Shown: piece by piece, positions 60,100-64,000 of the stretch
Numbering within the stretch: the first letter of the stretch is position 1
How the letters are laid out: each line of letters begins with the position of its first letter
DNA from: Macrostomum hystrix
Taxonomy: Eukaryota > Animalia > Platyhelminthes
Assembly: GCA_950097015.1 (NCBI GenBank)
Contig: CATNEN010000041.1
Location: 3,286,001 to 3,350,000, forward strand
Length of the DNA: 64,000 nucleotides
Direction of reading: 5' to 3'
Made by a program: the position numbers and the translations under genes
The notes under the pieces: model-generated
Database searches by the model: none
Seen by the model: the letters and a program-made list of their open reading frames with translations, nothing else
Told to the model about the DNA's origin: nothing

Positions 60100-63000
60100 C
60101 GTTGCGTATTGCCGCGATAGCTTGTGGTCTAATGTATTTGTGTAGATAGCAAAGCCCGGGGTTAGCACGAAAGCTAGAGCCGCAAACACTCTTAACGCGG
60201 TCCTCGCAAACAAACAGGTAGAACGAATTGTCTATGGGATATTTAGCTGCAACGGTCAAATACTAGTTTCTATATAATGAAAGTACAACACATATAAAAG
60301 TACAACACAGAATCTTAATCAAATGGAACCCGGATTTTGCGTTTTTTAACTTTGAACTGTCGCCGTTTTGCACCAGATTATACTATTTGTACGTGGATGG
60401 TACCAAAACTGCACATAGGCCTATCGAATGCATGCAGTTTTGTAGCCGTGGCGTTGCCATGAAAACAAGACCACCTCAAAATGAGCACTTTTTCAAAAGT
60501 CTAGAAATCTTAGATCTAAAAAAATAAGGAGCCTCAATATGGCATCGCCAAGCGACCGGCGCCATTGGATGCGGGCATCCAAGGCCTACAATATTCTTGG
60601 GGTTCCCACTCTTTTAATTGTCCCTCATCTTCTGGGTCATCTGGGCAAAAAAAACTGGTTTTCAGAATCCGAAAAATACGCATTTTTAAATGGGACACCT
60701 GGGGCTAACCTTTAAGCGGACTTTATAAATTTTCCAACGTCCACTTTAACTAACTGTAACAGTTCACATATATACTTTAACTGTACATGATTAATGATAT
60801 GCTATTCGAATTAATATTTAAGGTATAAGAGTACGTTTTTCTGGCCGATTCGACGTGTCAACACGTTCAACTGGGTGTCTAGATAAATTTTGACATGGAA
60901 AGTTAAGCCCGACACAGCTTTGTTTTAGCGCAGTTGGCGCCTAAGCCCGGAAAACGTGAATTTTGCTATTTTTGCTAATTTCCGGCGTACATATATGTCC
61001 AAAAATTTACGAGTTTTGATTTTTGCCAGATGTGCGACCATATTACCCAGCACCCCAATACATAAGCAATCAATATGTATATCTCGGATAAGGCCTTGAA
61101 TTTCTTTGAAAATTCACAGGGGAAAATATGATACATGCACCAAAAATAACGTAAATTTTACGAAATTTTAGCTGAAAACTTTTGAACAAAGCAACACATA
61201 GCTTTGAGCTTGGTGTCGTTGGGCGGTATTTTGGAGCTTTTTCGAATGGCGTAACAAAAACTGGTGTCTACACACACAGAAATTCGGCTATGGCCTCATT
61301 TGACAGTAAAGTTTAAATTCATGATTTTGTCAAAAAGTCACGTTTTTACACACTTGACTTTAAATAAAAAATTTGATGCATATGAGAATTCCAAACTAAA
61401 ATTCTCCATATGCATGACAAAATTCTGCGTCGAGTGTATACGCGTTTGCACTTTTGGAAAGTTGGGCTAAAGACATAAAAAATTCGAGATGTGCCGAATA
61501 AGACCGAAATTTTGCTGTTTTCTGATCAATGAAAACATTTAAGTATAAGTTATCACCCACTTTTTTTATTTATTTTGGCCGGGAACGGCTGAGGACTCGT
61601 TTATTGGCCGAGGCGAAGCCGATTTTTTCCGGACTGCACTTCGACCTAACTAGGATATTACTAGACATAGTTTAACTCTGTCTTGTTTGTTGACCTCATG
61701 CCAAGGAAGGCATCGTTTTTTATTCATTATTTTTTTTCACCTAGCGGTATTTAATATACATTAAGTAGCCTTATCAATTTAAAAGAACATGTTCTCGGAA
61801 CAAAGAACATGTTCGGAGTTGCCTATTAGGCGACCGTCGCGCATGTTCGATGTAGCCTAAGAGTCGTCAACACGGCTGAATTATTTCATTACACATCTAA
61901 CCGTGCAGAAAATTATCAAACAGTTTCAAACAGCATCGCAGTTTAAATTTTAGATTTGTTATAACTCGTTTCATAAATTCTTGGAAATATAGGAGATTCT
62001 GCCGTACGAATAGCCAATACCATTCGGCAGTATCCTCTACTGGTGGATAACGCACTACTACCCCGTGTAGTCCGAACTTGAACTGGTTTTGTACTTCTAT
62101 AACATCTATAACTCATTCTTTTTTTCTTTTTTTAGCCTTCAATAGCCTCGGGAGTCTAAAAGTTTGAAAACGGGGTCAAAATAATTCAAAATAATTCCCG
62201 CTTCGGAGCGGGAATCCGAAGGATTGCCCAAACTTTATAGCCTTTGAACAGCCAGCAAGTTATCAATGCGCATCAATTTTTTGATTTAGTATTTACTGTT
62301 TGTGTTAGATTTTCAGCATTTTTTAGATTTCTTCGCATAGCAACCTAGGCTGAGTAATATTTTAGTAGGCTTAATTAATGCTTTTTTTGGTAGCCACTAA
62401 TTTGTTCACAACTACAATTATTTTCTTAACACTTACCAGCTGTCCCTTGTCCCTAACACCAAAAGTCTAACACCTTCAATAGTTATAGTATGACGATGAC
62501 ACACAAGACAAAAGCTTTGTTGGTAAGTCAAATGAAAAACAAACCACTTAGTCTTAAAGAGTTTTCAAAAAGTTTTTAACAAGGCCACTATTGAATGAAA
62601 TTCAGCATGAAAAGCTTTGCAATCTTTGAAGGCAGTGTCTATTGGCACAATTTATCCACATGCATCCATGCCAATAATGCCCACCTTATCTGTATGGCAG
62701 CTTGCTGGAATAGGCCACCACATTATGTACAAACACAGTTTGTACATTTTTGGAAAAGGTAGACATTCCCAGCCATGCAAATGCCCACCTGGACACCTTT
62801 CTTAACACCTTTTTGAACACACTTTGAACACATTTTCTTGATTTCAATAACTTATTTACTTGATTTAATCAAGTTTTTTAAGTTTACAATTGAGCTTTTT
62901 AAAGTTGTATTTCTTAAACGGAAAAGCTAATTGAATAAAATAGCTCAACAAAAGAATCTAAATAAGAGAGTTTCTATAAATGTAACAGGTTTTTTAAATG

Positions 63001-64000
63001 TGCTCTCAAACATTTTAAGTCTAGCAACATTTGAATTCATGTTAAAGTAGAAGTGACTTTTCCTGCTTGATTCAGGCATAGGGGCCTATATTGAAAAAGT
63101 AGGAATTCATACAGCTGGCATATACATGTACAATGTGATGGCTTATTCCACCAAGCTGCCATGTGGATAAGGTGGTCATTATTGGCACAGATCTGTGTGG
63201 ATAAAGTTAGCACTATTTGCACAGGACTGTGCCAATAAGCAGTGCCAATCTTTGAATAGCAGTCAAATAATTGATTGGTAAGAAAAGTGGACCAAGTCTG
63301 GAACAGGACATATGAAGTCCGAGCAGTCTTGAGGTGTCTTAGCATAGAGACTTAGGGCTCTACTGGTAGTCTATGAGCAAAAAGATATCAGAAACTAGAG
63401 AGCATGTCCTTTTTACTGTACTTTCAGTTTATCAGCATATAGTAAAGAAAGTTGACTGGTTTTTCAGACATATTGTAATTGACCATCTCCTTGTCTTTGT
63501 CAATAAATTCTTTATGTCACATTTTCCTAATCCTAAATTCCTCTTACCACAGAAAATCCAAGAATGTATATGAATCCATTGGCAAAAATGAATTTGTATC
63601 TCCACAGATAAGCACAGTTCAGGCATGAATAACTTTTGAACTGTATACATTCCACAATATCCACATAAAATCCAGAATATCATTTTTTAGTTTTTTTGCT
63701 ACCATATATCAACTTAACCACTATATGTATATCACATATATATATATATATAAATATATATTATTTTTCTAATAATAACTAACCATTCATGACTACTCAG
63801 AAATTTGAGTATCTGTATAGATAATATAGTTGATTACCTTTGGTTGCTTGTGGATTCCTTTTAAAAAAGGAAAAAAGGTAAAGGTCCTTGCTTAAAAGAC
63901 ATTGCTTTGCTATGGATACCCATTTTAGTCATGTATTTATCATACAAAATGCAAATAAACAAAATCCTATGGCCAATTTTTACTACTATTAACTATTTTG

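Larger units (their letters stand above)
56050..60309 (-). mobile_element. Full-length Ty3/Gypsy LTR retrotransposon, 4260 bp
   Basis: Identical 187-bp LTRs at 56050-56236 and 60123-60309 (TG..CA), 5-bp TSD GAATC (56045-56049 and 60310-60314), and polypurine tract AGGGGGTGA before the 3' LTR. Confidence 0.97.

Noticed and set aside
60100-60213. N-terminal hydrophobic extension of the Gypsy ORF (MFARTALRVF..) from the ORF track
   Set aside because: It starts at a non-ATG codon inside the LTR. The MASAVKF ATG at 60099 is the more plausible start.
60315-64000. Short ORFs in the AT-rich right end (and in 1-1700)
   Set aside because: No domain motifs or convincing splice structure. Probably decayed non-autonomous repeats and intergenic DNA.

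Overview
Eukaryotic (animal) genomic DNA. It has GC-rich exons, very short (~45-95 nt) introns, and long introns filled with locally unique minisatellites. This style suggests a flatworm such as Macrostomum (inference only). Supported genes: spliced DGAT1, MRPL46 and FECH as a tight co-oriented trio; an intronless WW-less PCIF1/CAPAM-like cap methyltransferase; an orphan secreted Cys-rich protein; a multi-exon CARMIL; a small 4-TM protein; and an FGD-like DH-PH-FYVE-PH RhoGEF. Mobile DNA: a 5'-truncated RT-RNaseH non-LTR element between two apparently identical 665-bp direct repeats, an intact Gypsy element (187-bp LTRs, GAATC TSD), a tyrosine-recombinase relic and a LINE relic. About 25 tandem arrays are present. 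The most unusual signal is at ~24.9 kb: a tRNA-like Pol III unit (A box, B box, T6 terminator) with a complete minimal hammerhead ribozyme between its A and B boxes, framed by 18-bp inverted repeats. Exon coordinates were derived by hand from GT/AG sites and phase continuity.
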